NCBI GenBank assembly: GCA_031441465.1
Contig: JANOEP010000039.1
Span: 52,906-116,905 of the forward strand
Origin: a bacterium
GTDB taxonomy: Bacteria > Krumholzibacteriota > Krumholzibacteriia > LZORAL124-64-63
Reading direction: 5' to 3'
DNA: 64,000 nucleotides
Shown here piece after piece: positions 1 to 11,274 of this stretch; positions within the stretch are counted from its first letter, which is position 1, and the number at the start of each line of letters is the position of its first letter. The notes beneath the pieces are model-generated. The model made no database searches. It was not told the origin of the DNA and saw only the letters and a program-made list of their open reading frames with translations. The translations under genes were made by a program, and so were the position numbers.

Positions 1-2033
<2,033 letters not shown>

Positions 2034-2410
2034 GACAACCCCTCTTTCGAGATTGGCGAGATCGCGGCGGTCCGGGACCCGGGCGCGCCGGTCTGCCGAC
2101 ATGCGGCTGAATACTGTGGACTGTTATCCCCGCAGGGTGGGAAACTGTCAAGAAAGGATGCAATTGCGCGGGTCCGGCGGGCCACCGCACGATCGATAAC
2201 GAGATTCAATAATAATGTTACAGTGACGAACTGCCAGAAGATTGTGTCACCCGGCCGGGGTATCGTTCCGGGGCTGTGAAACGGGCCAGCTTCATGCTCC
2301 GTAAGCCGATGATCCCTGTTTATTTCTTGACATAACATGTTCCGGAAAAAACATTTGAGGTGTCTTCCGGGGTCAACCCGGGCCGTACCACCACAGGGGA
2401 GAGTGCTCGC

Positions 2411-3424
2411 ATGGCTCGATTCTATCTGGAAAAGGGCAAGGTAGCGGCGTTCATCGCTCATCTGCAGTCGCAGAAGCCGGTGTACGCACCGCACCGCAAG
2501 GGCCGCAACGCGTTCGCGTTCGCGCCGGTCGAGCGGCCGCAGGACGTGGTGCTGGACTACCCGCGGACGGTCAGCTCGATCAAGAAGTACTTCATGCCGG
2601 CGCGCGAGGAACTGCTCAGCTTCAACCTGGTCGAGAACACCTGCGCACAGCCCGCCGTCGCGCCGCTGGACGCCGTGTTCCTGGGCGTCCACAGCTACGA
2701 CGTCCAGGCGGTGTTGAAGCTCGACCACAACTTCGTGACGGGCAACCCGGAGCGGAACTACCTGACGCGGCGCCAGGGCGCGCTGTTCGTCGGCGTCGGC
2801 TTCACGCCCGACCGGTTCCACTTCAGCGGCTCGGTGGGCATCCCGGCGGGGGACACCAGCGGCTGCGACCTGTTCCTGCACCATTGCGAGGGCGGCTACG
2901 CCCTCGAGACGCTGACCCCGGCCGGCGAAGGGCTGATCGCCGGGTTCAAGCTGCCCGCCCACACGGCGGGATTGCCGGCCGCCGCCGCCTTCCAGCAGCA
3001 CATCTACGTGCCGCAGGCCAAGCTCAAGGACGTCCTCGCCCACGGCTACGACGCCGCGGTGTGGGAGGAAGAGGCGGAGAAGTGCGTGAGCTGCGGCACC
3101 TGCAACCTCGTCTGCCCCACCTGCTACTGCTTCGACGTCGAGGACGAGGTCGACATCACGGCGACCCGCGGCAGCCGCGAGCGCCACTGGGACGGCTGCC
3201 TGCTGCGCAGCTTCACCGAGGTGGCCGGCGGCGAGGTTTTCCGCGAGGAGCCGGCCGCGCGCCAGCGCCACCGCGTGTTCCGCAAGTTCAAGTACATCTC
3301 GGACGAGACGGGCGAACCCTGGTGCGTGGGCTGCGGCCGCTGCACGGCGGCCTGCACCGCGGGCATCAGCATCGTCTCGATCGTCAACCGTCTGGTGAAC
3401 GACTACGACGCCGTCAAGGCGTAG
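2411..3424 (+). CDS. hydB: Group 3b (sulf)hydrogenase beta subunit, 4Fe-4S dicluster protein (AsrA-like)
   Basis: CVSCGTCNLVCPTCYCF and CVGCGRCTAAC motifs; first gene of a beta-gamma-delta-alpha operon; ATG after GGGGAGAG. Confidence 0.9.
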   Translation: MARFYLEKGKVAAFIAHLQSQKPVYAPHRKGRNAFAFAPVERPQDVVLDYPRTVSSIKKYFMPAREELLSFNLVENTCAQPAVAPLDAVFLGVHSYDVQAVLKLDHNFVTGNPERNYLTRRQGALFVGVGFTPDRFHFSGSVGIPAGDTSGCDLFLHHCEGGYALETLTPAGEGLIAGFKLPAHTAGLPAAAAFQQHIYVPQAKLKDVLAHGYDAAVWEEEAEKCVSCGTCNLVCPTCYCFDVEDEVDITATRGSRERHWDGCLLRSFTEVAGGEVFREEPAARQRHRVFRKFKYISDETGEPWCVGCGRCTAACTAGISIVSIVNRLVNDYDAVKA

Positions 3425-3445
3425 GTCCCGTCAAGGAGAGGCAAG

Positions 3446-4297
3446 ATGACCAAGCACGAACTCATCGCTCCCGCCGCGACGAAGGACCTGTACCTGCCGG
3501 TCATGGCGGAGATCACGGATGTGCGGCAGATGACGCCGCTGGAGAAGCTGTTCGAGATCAAGCTGCCGGGCGGCGTGGCTCTGGGCCACCGGCCGGGGCA
3601 GTTCGTCGAGGTGTCGCTGTTCGGCGTCGGCGAGGCGCCGATCTCGGTCTCCTCGTCGCCGACGAAGAAGGGCGCCTTCGAACTGGGCATCCGCAAGGTG
3701 GGCATGCTCACCGAGATGATCCACCGCATGCAGCCCGGCGAGCGCATCGGCATCCGCGGCCCCTTCGGCAACGGCTTCGACATGGCCAAGTTCAAGGGCA
3801 AGGACGTGCTGGTGGTCGCCGGCGGCATCGGCCTGGTGCCGCTGCGGTCGATGATCAACTACATCCTGGACAACCGCGGCGACTTCGGCCGGCTCATCAT
3901 CTGCTATGGCAGCAAGAGCGACACCGACCTGCTGTTCGAGGACGAGCGCCGGCTGTGGGAGCGGGACCCCCGCGTCGAGTTCCACCTCACCGTGGACCAC
4001 GGTTCGCCGGCCTGGCAGGGCCGCACCGGCGTCATCACGACCCTGATCCCCGGCCTGGACCTGGATCTGCCGAACACCCTGGCCTGCGTCTGCGGGCCGC
4101 CGGTCATGTACCGGTTCGTCGTGCTGGCCCTGAAATCCAAGCGCCTCGCGGAGGAGAACATCTACATGTCCCTCGAGCGCCGCATGAAGTGCGGCGTGGG
4201 CAAGTGCGGGCACTGCCAGATCAACGGCAGTTACGTCTGCCAGGACGGTCCGGTCTACCACTATCCCGACATCAAGGCACTCCGGGAGGCTCTGTGA
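3446..4297 (+). CDS. hydG: Group 3b hydrogenase gamma subunit, FAD/NAD(P)-binding with 2Fe-2S (AsrB-like)
   Basis: PGQF, RGPFGNGF, AGGIGLVPL, CGPPVM and ERRMKCGVGKCGHC motifs. Confidence 0.92.
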   Translation: MTKHELIAPAATKDLYLPVMAEITDVRQMTPLEKLFEIKLPGGVALGHRPGQFVEVSLFGVGEAPISVSSSPTKKGAFELGIRKVGMLTEMIHRMQPGERIGIRGPFGNGFDMAKFKGKDVLVVAGGIGLVPLRSMINYILDNRGDFGRLIICYGSKSDTDLLFEDERRLWERDPRVEFHLTVDHGSPAWQGRTGVITTLIPGLDLDLPNTLACVCGPPVMYRFVVLALKSKRLAEENIYMSLERRMKCGVGKCGHCQINGSYVCQDGPVYHYPDIKALREAL

Positions 4298-5043
4298 TGG
4301 CGAACAAACCGAGAGTCGGCATCTTCGACTTCACCGGCTGCGAGGGTTGCGAGCTCAACCAGCTGAATTTCGAGGATCAGCTCCTGGACATCCTGGAGCA
4401 CGTGGAGATCGTCGAATGGCGCGAGGCCATGGACGGTCAGGTGGAGGAACTGGACATCGCGTTCGTCGAAGGCTCGCTGTCCACACCCGACTGCATCAAG
4501 CGGATCCACGAGGTCCGCCGCAAGTCCAAGGTCCTGGTGGCCCTGGGCGCCTGCGCGGTGCAGGGCGGGATGAACGCCCTGAAGAACATCCGGCCCATCG
4601 AGCAGGTGCGCGAGGAGGTCTACGGCCAGGACAAGTACCTGTTCCCGACCCTGCCCGCGCTGCCGATCAGTTCGGTGGTCAAGGTCGACGTGAACATCCG
4701 CGGGTGCCCCATGACCCAGAAGGAGTTCCTGAAGGTGTTCACCGCCCTGGTGATGGGCAAGATGCCGATCGAACCGGGTAACGCGGTGTGTACCGAGTGC
4801 AAGCTCAGGGACAACGAGTGCGTCTTCGAGAAGGGGATGATCTGCCTCGGACCCGTCACCCGCGCCGGCTGCGAAGCGCAGTGCCCGAGCTTCGGCCAGT
4901 ACTGCATCGGCTGCCGCGGCCTGGTGCCGGAGCCGAACATCGAGGCGATGGAGGAAATCCTCACCGCGCACGGGCTGTCGATGGACGACGCGCGCAAGAA
5001 GCTCCAGTTGTTCAACGCCAACCAGCTCGAGGGGGTCTCCTGA
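4297..5043 (+). CDS. hydD: NiFe hydrogenase small (delta) subunit
   Basis: MANKPRVGIFDFTGCEGC, VEGS, GACAVQGG, RGCP and C-terminal CLGPVTRAGCEAQCP...CIGCRG; starts at a TGATG overlap. No Tat signal, so cytoplasmic. Confidence 0.92.
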   Translation: MANKPRVGIFDFTGCEGCELNQLNFEDQLLDILEHVEIVEWREAMDGQVEELDIAFVEGSLSTPDCIKRIHEVRRKSKVLVALGACAVQGGMNALKNIRPIEQVREEVYGQDKYLFPTLPALPISSVVKVDVNIRGCPMTQKEFLKVFTALVMGKMPIEPGNAVCTECKLRDNECVFEKGMICLGPVTRAGCEAQCPSFGQYCIGCRGLVPEPNIEAMEEILTAHGLSMDDARKKLQLFNANQLEGVS

Positions 5044-6347
5044 TGGGCACCAACCTGGACATCAAAGTCCACCACCTGACGCGGGTGGAGGGCCACGGTG
5101 ATATCGTCGTCAACATGCGCGACGGCGTGCTGGAGAAGGCGCGCCTGGAGATCGTCGAGGCGCCGCGCTACTTCGAGGCGATGCTCAAGGGCCGCAACTT
5201 CCACGAGGCCGCGATCATCACCTCACGCATCTGCGGCATCTGCTCGCTCGGCCACCAGATGACGTCGTTCAAGGCCACCGAGCAGGCGCTGGGCCTGGAG
5301 ATCAGCGAGCAGACGCTGCTGCTGCGCAAGCTGCTGGTGCACGGCGCCACGATCCAGTCCAACGTGCTGCACGCGCTGTTCCTGGCCGCGCCCGACTTCC
5401 TGAAGGTCGGCTCGGTCTTCCCGCTGGTGAGCACGCATCCCGAGGTCGTCCTGGCCGCCCTGCGCATGAAGCGCCTGGCCAACGACATCGGCGAGGTGGT
5501 CTCCGGCCGCGCCGTGCACCCGATCTCCTGCGTGCCCGGCGGCTTCACCCAGCTGCCCTCGGCGAAGTCCCTGGCCGTGCTGCGCGAGCGCCTCGAGAAG
5601 CAGATGCTGCCGGACCTGGTCTTCGCGGCCGACGTCGTGGCGACGCTGGCGGGCGAGATCCCGGACTTCACCCGCGAAACCGAGTTCATCTCCCTGCGCA
5701 GCGACGACGACTACGCGCTCTACGACGGCGACATCTGCTCGACGGACACCGGTCGCGTTCCGGACGGCGAGTACCGCCGCATGACCAACGAGTACATCGT
5801 GCACCACAGCACGTCGAAGCACTGCAAGGTCAACCGGTCGTCGTACATGGTGGGCGCCCTGGCCCGCTGGAACAACAACCACGACCGGCTCTGCCCCGAG
5901 GCCCTGGGCGTCGCGGCGAAGCTCGGCCTGAAGCCGAGCTGCCACAACCCCTACATGAACACCGTGGCCCAGGTCGTCGAGTCGGTCCACTGCTGCCTCG
6001 ACGCCATGGCCATCCTGGACCGCCTGCTGGCGGCCGGGATCCGCGACGAGGTTCCCAACCAGGACCCGACGCGCTACGGGACGGGCGTCGGCGCCACCGA
6101 GGTGCCGCGCGGCATCCTGTACCACGAGTACACCTACGACCGGCAGGGCCGCATCACGGCCGCGAACTGCATCATCCCGACGGGGCAGAACCTGGCCAAC
6201 ATCGACGACGACATGGTCAAGCTCGTGCCCGAGGTCGTGGACCGCGGCGAGGCCGCGATCGCGCACCTGCTGGAGATGCTGGTGCGGGCCTACGACCCCT
6301 GCATCTCGTGCTCGGTGCACATGCTGGACGTCAAGTTCACGAGGTAG
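5043..6347 (+). CDS. hydA: NiFe hydrogenase large (alpha) subunit, group 3b
   Basis: TRVEGHG, L1 motif RICGIC, EVPRG, L2 motif DPCISCSVH followed by a cleavable tail MLDVKFTR. Confidence 0.95.
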   Translation: MGTNLDIKVHHLTRVEGHGDIVVNMRDGVLEKARLEIVEAPRYFEAMLKGRNFHEAAIITSRICGICSLGHQMTSFKATEQALGLEISEQTLLLRKLLVHGATIQSNVLHALFLAAPDFLKVGSVFPLVSTHPEVVLAALRMKRLANDIGEVVSGRAVHPISCVPGGFTQLPSAKSLAVLRERLEKQMLPDLVFAADVVATLAGEIPDFTRETEFISLRSDDDYALYDGDICSTDTGRVPDGEYRRMTNEYIVHHSTSKHCKVNRSSYMVGALARWNNNHDRLCPEALGVAAKLGLKPSCHNPYMNTVAQVVESVHCCLDAMAILDRLLAAGIRDEVPNQDPTRYGTGVGATEVPRGILYHEYTYDRQGRITAANCIIPTGQNLANIDDDMVKLVPEVVDRGEAAIAHLLEMLVRAYDPCISCSVHMLDVKFTR

Positions 6348-6354
6348 GAGCGGC

Positions 6355-6825
6355 GTGAAGCTCATCGCGGTCGGCAATCCGCTGTACGGCGACGACGGGG
6401 TGGGGGCGGCCGTCCTGGAACGGGCCCGCGCCACGGACGCCTTCCCGGGCGCCGAACTGATCGACGCCGGGACCGACGCCCTGTCGCTGATCGACCGCTT
6501 CGCGGACGACGAGCTGCACGTGATCGTGGACGCGGCCCGGATGGGCCTGGAACCGGGCCGCATCGCCCGCTTCACGCCGGGCGAGGTTTCCCTGGGCGTC
6601 GTCCGGGACCGCCTCTCACTGCACGGTTTCGGCCTGGCCGAGGCCTTCGTCCTGGCCGGGCGGATCGACCGCCTGCCGCGGCGCCTGGTGGTCGTGGGCG
6701 TGGAGCCGCAGACGCTGGAGATCGACCGGGGCCTTTCGGACGCGGTGGCGTCGGCGGTTCCCGAGGTGCTGGAGATCATCAAAGCGGAGGTTCATTCCGA
6801 TGAAGCGGACCATCCTGGTCATTGA
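6355..6825 (+). CDS. Hydrogenase maturation endopeptidase (HycI/HupD family)
   Basis: AVGNPLYGDDGVG, DAGT, VDAA and SLH motifs; directly after the large subunit. Confidence 0.92.
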   Translation: MKLIAVGNPLYGDDGVGAAVLERARATDAFPGAELIDAGTDALSLIDRFADDELHVIVDAARMGLEPGRIARFTPGEVSLGVVRDRLSLHGFGLAEAFVLAGRIDRLPRRLVVVGVEPQTLEIDRGLSDAVASAVPEVLEIIKAEVHSDEADHPGH

Positions 6826-7192
6826 CGACGACATCGACCTGGTCGAGATCATCCGGTTGACCCTCGAGAACGAGGGTTACGGCGTGATCGACGCCCAGAA
6901 CGGCGCCCGGGGCCTGGAACTGGCCCGCGAGCGGAAGCCCGACCTGATCCTGCTCGACGTGATGATGGGCGAGATCGACGAGGGATTCCAGGTTGCCTAC
7001 GAGCTGCGCAAGGGTGACAATACGCGGGACATCCCGATCATCATGCTGACCGCGGTGGCCGACCAGACGGGGTACGCCTTCGATCCGGAGAAGGACTCGG
7101 ACTTCCTGCCGGTGGACGAGTACCTCGAGAAACCCGTCAGCCCCCGGCGGCTCGTGGACCTGGTGCGCAAGCACCTGCCGCCGACGATCTAG
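6800..7192 (+). CDS. Single-domain response regulator (receiver only)
   Basis: ILVIDDD, PDLILLDVMM, IIMLTA and KP motifs; 130 aa with no output domain. Confidence 0.92.
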   Translation: MKRTILVIDDDIDLVEIIRLTLENEGYGVIDAQNGARGLELARERKPDLILLDVMMGEIDEGFQVAYELRKGDNTRDIPIIMLTAVADQTGYAFDPEKDSDFLPVDEYLEKPVSPRRLVDLVRKHLPPTI

Positions 7193-7198
7193 GAGGCC

Positions 7199-8554
7199 AT
7201 GGAGCGCAGGGCCGCGGGCGCCGTCGAACCGATCGCTCCCGAGTCGGCCCACTTCGTCTCGGCCGCGTCGCTGCGCGTTCGTTCCGACTGGTTCAACCGC
7301 ATGCGCTGGATCGCCGCCGTCGGCGTGGTGCTGGTCTCGCTGCTGGCGGTCGAGTTCGGCGGCGTCGACCTGCCGTTGCTGCCCATCATGTCGACGGCCG
7401 CCGTCCTGCTGGCCATGAACGCCTCCTACACGCTGCGCAACCGCCGCGTGCCCGCGACCGACATCCGCGCCGAACTGGTCGTCGTCAAGCTCCAGATGGT
7501 CCTGGATCTGCTGCTGCTGACGGTCCTGTTGAGCTTCAGCGGCGGGATCGAGAACCCCTTCCATTTCGTCTACATCATCCACGTGCTGCTGGCCGGGCTG
7601 CTGTTCAAGGGCGGCGAGATCCGCCGGATGGCCCTGCTGGCCGGCCTGCTGTTCACCGCCGAGGTGCTGGGGGAGGCGGCCGGGCTCGTGCCGCACCACC
7701 ACCTCGCCAGCGGTCCGGAGATGAGCCAGGACTGGCGCTTCGTGTCCTCGGGGCTGGCGGCCTTCTGGATCGTGCTGGTCTGCTGCGCGTACCTGAGCGC
7801 CTCGATCATGCGGCACAACCGGGTGATCAAGGACGACCTGGTGGTGCGGCAGCGCCAGCTCATGGCGGCGGACAAGGCCAAGATCGACTTCTTCCGCTAC
7901 GTCTCGCACGAGGTCAAGACCCCGGTGATCACGGCCCAGAGCGCCGTGGAGGCCGTGCTGGCCGTCGCGGGCGCGGACATGGCCGCGAAACCGCGCGATC
8001 TGCTGCTGCGCACCGTCGAGCGGCTGCGCCAGGCGACCGAGATCGTGCAGGGCCTGAGCGACCTGACGCGCGGGCCGCTGCACCAGGGCCAGGATGTGCG
8101 TGACGTGAACCTCAACCGGCTGGTCGCCTCCCTCCTGGACGGCCAGCAATCGCTGATCGAGACGCGCGGGCTGCGCGTCGAGGCCAGGCTGCCGGCCGAG
8201 GACGTGCTGCTGCGCGCCAGCGAGACCATGGTCGAGAAGGTCCTGGGCAACCTGATCAGCAACGCGGTGCGCTACAATCGCGACGGCGGCCGCCTGATCG
8301 TGGCGATGCAGGACCTGGGCGACGCCGTGCGCGTGGCCGTCACCGACGAGGGGATCGGCATCCGGCCCGAGGACCTCGGCCGCATTTTCGACGAATTCTA
8401 CCGCACCCCGGAGGCCAAGGCGGCCTCGTCTCTGGGGACGGGCCTGGGCCTGCCCATCGTCAAGCGCTTCCTCGAACAGATGGGCGGCGAGATCGCGGTC
8501 GAGAGCGAACCGGGCCGTGGCAGCACCTTCACGGCGACTCTGAGGAGAACCTGA
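7199..8554 (+). CDS. Membrane sensor histidine kinase
   Basis: Multi-TM N-terminus; SHEVKTP H-box, NLISNAVRY N-box, DEGIGI and GTGLGL. Confidence 0.93.
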   Translation: MERRAAGAVEPIAPESAHFVSAASLRVRSDWFNRMRWIAAVGVVLVSLLAVEFGGVDLPLLPIMSTAAVLLAMNASYTLRNRRVPATDIRAELVVVKLQMVLDLLLLTVLLSFSGGIENPFHFVYIIHVLLAGLLFKGGEIRRMALLAGLLFTAEVLGEAAGLVPHHHLASGPEMSQDWRFVSSGLAAFWIVLVCCAYLSASIMRHNRVIKDDLVVRQRQLMAADKAKIDFFRYVSHEVKTPVITAQSAVEAVLAVAGADMAAKPRDLLLRTVERLRQATEIVQGLSDLTRGPLHQGQDVRDVNLNRLVASLLDGQQSLIETRGLRVEARLPAEDVLLRASETMVEKVLGNLISNAVRYNRDGGRLIVAMQDLGDAVRVAVTDEGIGIRPEDLGRIFDEFYRTPEAKAASSLGTGLGLPIVKRFLEQMGGEIAVESEPGRGSTFTATLRRT

Positions 8555-8556
8555 GC

Positions 8557-9030
8557 ATGCGTACCGAGTGCGGCGGCCTCATCGAGCGCAACGACCTGTG
8601 CCTGGTCGAGGTCCTGGGCTACCGCTGGCAGCCGGGCCGCTCCTGCCTGATCCTGGGGCTGTTCGGCGACGCCGGCATCCCCCTGTGCTACCTGACCATC
8701 GGCAACGGCGCCGACGGCCTGCGCAACCTGTCGCTGTGCGTCTCGCGCCAGCACTACGAGGCGACCAACGGACTGCTGGAGACGATCCGCACCGACCACC
8801 AGCCGAAGGCGGTCGACGTGCGCGAGCCCGTCACGATCCTGACGCTCTACGGCCCCCACTTCTACGAGCGCATCGCGCTGGCCAGCGAGGTCTACCACGC
8901 CTTGTGCCGGGACGGCATCGACACGCTCTCGCTCGGCTCCTCGGTCAACAGCATCTCGGTGGTGGTCGCCGAGGCGGACGCCGCCGCCGCCAAGGCCAGC
9001 TTCCGCAAACGCTTCATCTGGCCGGAGTGA
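8557..9030 (+). CDS. Stand-alone tandem ACT-domain protein (aspartokinase C-terminal-like)
   Basis: Pattern ILTLYGPHFYERIALASEVYHALCRDGIDTLSLGSSVNSISVVV resembles the aspartokinase ACT2 domain; no kinase domain. Confidence 0.7.
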   Translation: MRTECGGLIERNDLCLVEVLGYRWQPGRSCLILGLFGDAGIPLCYLTIGNGADGLRNLSLCVSRQHYEATNGLLETIRTDHQPKAVDVREPVTILTLYGPHFYERIALASEVYHALCRDGIDTLSLGSSVNSISVVVAEADAAAAKASFRKRFIWPE

Positions 9031-9133
9031 CGGGCGGCGGCGCGCGCTCCGCGCACCCGACGATCGCGATCTGCTGGCGGTTCAGCGTCCGTTGTGGCAT
9101 GATGAGGGGGAACCAAGGTTCCGGAGGTTTCCC

Positions 9134-9718
9134 GTGCGCGCCATCCGCATCGCCGCTTTCGTCGCCCTGATCGCGCTCCTGCCCGCCGCAGCCGCCGCCG
9201 ATCGTCCGCCGCGCGCCCCGCACCGCCCCCGCGTGGTCGAGCGCGTCGACCTGCCGCGCTACTGCGGCACCTGGCACGAGATCGCCCACATCCCCAACCG
9301 CTTCCAGCAGGACTGCGGCTGCTGCGCCACAGCGACCTACGCCCTGCGCGCCGACGGCAAGCTGTCGGTGACCAACCGCTGCCGGAAGGCCGACGGCTCC
9401 CTGGACGAGTTCACGGCCGAGGCGGAGGTGGTCGACACCCGCACCAACGCCCGGCTGAAGCTGACGCCGTTCAAGATCCTCGGCCTCGCGCCCATCAAGG
9501 CCGACTACTGGATCCTGGGCCTGGAGCCCGACTACCGCTGGGCCGTGGTCGGCGGTCCCGACCGCAAGTACGGCTGGATCCTGGCCCGCGAACCGCGGTT
9601 GACGCCGCCGCAGCGGGCGGAAATCGACGCCCTGCTCGAGCGTCAGGGCTACGACCCGGCGGCCTTCACCGCCGGCGAGCAGCCCTGGACACCCGCAGCG
9701 ACGGAGGTGAAGCCATGA
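9134..9718 (+). CDS. blc: Lipocalin family protein (Blc-like), secreted
   Basis: VDLPRYCGTWHEIA, DYWILGLEPDYRWAVVG and WILAR motifs; signal peptide; GTG after GGAGG. Confidence 0.88.
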   Translation: MRAIRIAAFVALIALLPAAAAADRPPRAPHRPRVVERVDLPRYCGTWHEIAHIPNRFQQDCGCCATATYALRADGKLSVTNRCRKADGSLDEFTAEAEVVDTRTNARLKLTPFKILGLAPIKADYWILGLEPDYRWAVVGGPDRKYGWILAREPRLTPPQRAEIDALLERQGYDPAAFTAGEQPWTPAATEVKP

Positions 9719-9963
9719 TCGACGGCATGAAGGTTCTGCGGACCTACGGCAGCGAGGTCGAGGCGGAGATGGCGGCCGCGATGCTCCAGGCCTACGGCCT
9801 CGAGGCGCTGGTGTCCACCGACGACGCCGGCGGCATGTATCCGCAGATGGCGCAGCTGCGGGGCATCAAGCTGCTGGTCTGGGAGAAGGATCTCGAGGAG
9901 GCGCGGGCGCTGCTGGACGCCGAAGGGGTGGGGGACGAACCGGATGGCCCCACCAGTAGTTAG
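9715..9963 (+). CDS. Small DUF2007-like putative signal-transducing protein
   Basis: EAEMAAAMLQAYGLEA...IKLLVWEKDLEEARALL pattern; ATGA overlap with the lipocalin gene. Confidence 0.7.
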   Translation: MIDGMKVLRTYGSEVEAEMAAAMLQAYGLEALVSTDDAGGMYPQMAQLRGIKLLVWEKDLEEARALLDAEGVGDEPDGPTSS

Positions 9964-10012
9964 ATCATCGTTACTTGATGATACAGCAACAAGATAGTAT
10001 TTCTGCTCACAC

Positions 10013-10071
10013 TTGACGATTCTTCGAATATTGTATACAATGTCGTCATAATACGTCGATAAATGACGACA
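10013..10071 (+). promoter_or_regulatory. Sigma70-type promoter with a downstream inverted-repeat operator candidate
   Basis: TTGACG (10013-10018), 17-bp spacer, TACAAT (10036-10041); palindrome ATTGTATACAAT; inverted repeat TGTCGTCAT (10041-10049) / ATGACGACA (10063-10071). Confidence 0.6.
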
Positions 10072-10083
10072 AGGTGGTCAATA

Positions 10084-11223
10084 ATGCACAGGCGATGCTT
10101 GTCGGCTCCGAATCAGAGCTACTTCCTGTTGGGACCTCGTGGGACCGGCAAGTCCACCTGGTTGAGGGCGCAGATGCCCTCGGCCTACTTCGTGGATCTG
10201 TTGGATGAAGTCAAGTTCCAGCGGCTGCTGGCCAACCCTGGATTGTTCGCCGACGAATTGAGGGCGCTTGCCGCCGACCGCTGGATCGTCATCGACGAGG
10301 TCCAGCGATTGCCGTCGCTCCTGAACGAGGTTCACCGCGCCATCGAAGAGAGGAAGACCCGCTTCGTGCTCTGCGGGTCGAGTGCGCGCAAGCTGAAGCG
10401 GGAGGGCGTCAACCTGCTGGCCGGCCGTGCCCTGCAGCGGTCGATGCATCCTTTCGTCCCCGAAGAACTCGGCGGCAGCTTCGATCTCGAATCGGCGCTG
10501 AGGTACGGGCTCCTGCCGCTCGTCTGGGGTTCGCCGGAGCGGGAGGAAACGCTGGCGGCCTACGCGCAGTTGTACCTGAAGGAGGAGATCCAGGCGGAGG
10601 CCGTGGTGCGAAACCTCCCCGGGTTCGCTCGGTTCCTGCCGATCGCGGCGCTCTGCCACGGCCAGACCGTGAACATGTCGAACATCGCCCGCGAGGCGGG
10701 CGTTGCGCGGACAACGGTCGCCGGCTACCTGGAAGTCCTCGAGGAGACCCTGCTCTGCTTCCGCGTGCCGGGCTTCGAGGCGAAACAGCGTGTGCGTGAG
10801 CGCAAACACCCGAAGTGGTACTGGTGTGATCCCGGCATCGTCAGGGCGATGCGCCGTTCGCGCGGCGTTCCCGGGTCCGAGGAACGGGGTGCCCTGTTCG
10901 AAGGCCTGGTGGCGCAAATCTTGCGGGCCTACCGCGACTACGCAGGACTCTGCGACGACATCACCTACTGGTCGGCCGAAAGACGCAGCACGGAGGTCGA
11001 CTTCGTCCTGTCCCGCGGCGACCGTTATGTCGCCGTCGAAGCCAAGGCCGGCACTACGTTCTCCGATAGCTGGTGCAAGGGTCTGCGGGCCATCGCTTCG
11101 CTGCCCGGCCTCGAACGACGTCTGATCGTCTACCCGGACGGTCCCAGATTGAGGACCTCGGACGGGATCGAGGTCCTGCCCTTCGCGATCTTCGCCGCAC
11201 TTCTCGCCGAAGGTGGGTTGTGA
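10084..11223 (+). CDS. AAA_14 / DUF4143 family ATP-binding protein
   Basis: Walker A GPRGTGKST, Walker B IDEVQR, LCGSSA, LAGR, and C-terminal EVDFV...VEAK nuclease-like motif. Start could be 10063. Confidence 0.88.
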   Translation: MHRRCLSAPNQSYFLLGPRGTGKSTWLRAQMPSAYFVDLLDEVKFQRLLANPGLFADELRALAADRWIVIDEVQRLPSLLNEVHRAIEERKTRFVLCGSSARKLKREGVNLLAGRALQRSMHPFVPEELGGSFDLESALRYGLLPLVWGSPEREETLAAYAQLYLKEEIQAEAVVRNLPGFARFLPIAALCHGQTVNMSNIAREAGVARTTVAGYLEVLEETLLCFRVPGFEAKQRVRERKHPKWYWCDPGIVRAMRRSRGVPGSEERGALFEGLVAQILRAYRDYAGLCDDITYWSAERRSTEVDFVLSRGDRYVAVEAKAGTTFSDSWCKGLRAIASLPGLERRLIVYPDGPRLRTSDGIEVLPFAIFAALLAEGGL

Positions 11224-11274
11224 AGCCCGGACGGTTATCGTGAACGGTTTCCACAACAGGAGGTCCGAAGAGTC

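Noticed and set aside
2411..4297. Anaerobic sulfite reductase asrAB
   Set aside because: No asrC follows; the genes are coupled to NiFe small and large subunits, which fits a group 3b hydrogenase.
5043..6347. NiFeSe hydrogenase or selenocysteine recoding
   Set aside because: The L2 motif is DPCISC with ordinary Cys codons and there is no in-frame TGA.
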